From Vicinamibacterales bacterium (lineage in GTDB: Bacteria > Acidobacteriota > Vicinamibacteria > Vicinamibacterales > SCN-69-37), in contig DATKDF010000075.1 in the NCBI GenBank assembly GCA_035512795.1, positions 1 through 55,879 of the forward strand: DNA of 55,879 bases. The letters run 5' to 3'. The position numbers and the translations under genes are program-made. Positions 55,532-55,879 of this stretch are shown piece after piece (within the stretch, counting starts at the first letter, position 1; every line of letters starts with the position of its first letter). The notes beneath the pieces were generated by a model. It was not told the origin of the DNA. It worked only from the letters and a program-made list of their open reading frames with translations, and made no database searches.

Positions 55532-55879
55532 ACGACGGGTACGACGGGTGACGGCGGGTACGACCGGGACGTGGAATGCCCTGGCGCTGGCCATCTTCCG
55601 GCTTGGAGCGGGTGGTCTGACCGGGCACTCGGGTGCGGCGAAGCCGGGCACTCACGACGGGTGACGGCGGGTTCGACCGGGACGCGGAATGCGCGGGCGC
55701 TGGCCATCTTTCGGCCTGGAGCGGGTGATCGGACCAGGCACTCGGGTGCGGCGAAGCCGGGCACTCACGACGGGTGACGGCGGGTTCGACCGGGACGCGG
55801 AATGCGCTGGCGCTGGCCATCTTTCGGCCTGGAGCGGGTGATCGGACCAGGCACTCGGGTGCGGCGAAGCCGGGCACTC
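55532..55879. repeat. 113-bp non-coding tandem repeat, 3 full copies plus a 9-nt partial, truncated by the window edge
   Basis: Units at 55541-55653, 55654-55766 and 55767-55879. Copies 2 and 3 differ at 1 position. Copy 1 differs from copy 2 at about 10 positions. The first 9 nt (acgacgggt) are additionally duplicated at 55532-55540. The period is not a multiple of 3. Confidence 0.9.

Noticed and set aside
55532-55879. Possible CRISPR array
   Set aside because: The whole 113-bp unit repeats with 91-99% identity, and there are no unique spacers. The period is far longer than CRISPR repeat-plus-spacer periods. No cas genes are in the window.

Overview
High-GC (by eye about two-thirds to 70% G+C) bacterial chromosomal segment with about 43 protein-coding genes. 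I recognised no rRNA, tRNA, CRISPR array, transposase, integrase or phage gene. All family calls come from motif recognition by eye and memory; no search was run.

Gene content suggests Acidobacteriota (inference). The pointers are a PadR regulator plus a duplicated MacB/FtsX-type ADOP permease, a CarboxypepD_reg-type TonB-dependent receptor, a PF07638-type ECF sigma abutting a Ser/Thr kinase, and many PD40/TolB propeller proteins.

Core genes:
- sucA-sucB
- fumC
- monofunctional proline dehydrogenase
- ppa
- the two subunits of a type IIA topoisomerase, about 23 kb apart

Envelope and signalling genes:
- three Ser/Thr kinases
- two ECF sigma factors
- a TolC-MFP-RND efflux operon
- two S9 peptidases
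- a PhoX/DUF839 protein
- a metzincin-type secreted protein (signal peptide, possible lipobox)
- a DUF2723 membrane glycosyltransferase-like protein

Most interesting observations:
1. An RsrA-like soluble zinc anti-sigma and its ECF sigma are packed in one operon with an atypical radical SAM protein and a bleomycin-resistance-type VOC protein. The radical SAM protein has an N-terminal SPASM/twitch-like Cys cluster and a CX3CX3CX3CC core instead of CX3CX2C. The operon is divergent from a five-gene RND-USP-DUF2892 operon.
2. That radical SAM protein and a methyltransferase 13 kb away share a C-terminal module of about 105 aa.
3. An ECF sigma, Ser/Thr kinase, OB-fold lipoprotein and topoisomerase B subunit form a co-directional run with abutting or overlapping stop/start codons.
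4. A TetR-controlled fusion of an APH-type kinase with an ETNPPL/PHYKPL-type PLP enzyme.
5. An apparent 1-nt frameshift in the 3' end of ppa.
6. A 113-bp tandem repeat (at least 3 copies, running off the right edge) lies directly upstream of the topoisomerase A subunit gene. That gene's own 5' end is a 9-bp x4 in-frame repeat.

Nothing resembles a known defence system, so the novelty claims are hypotheses from gene architecture and context only.
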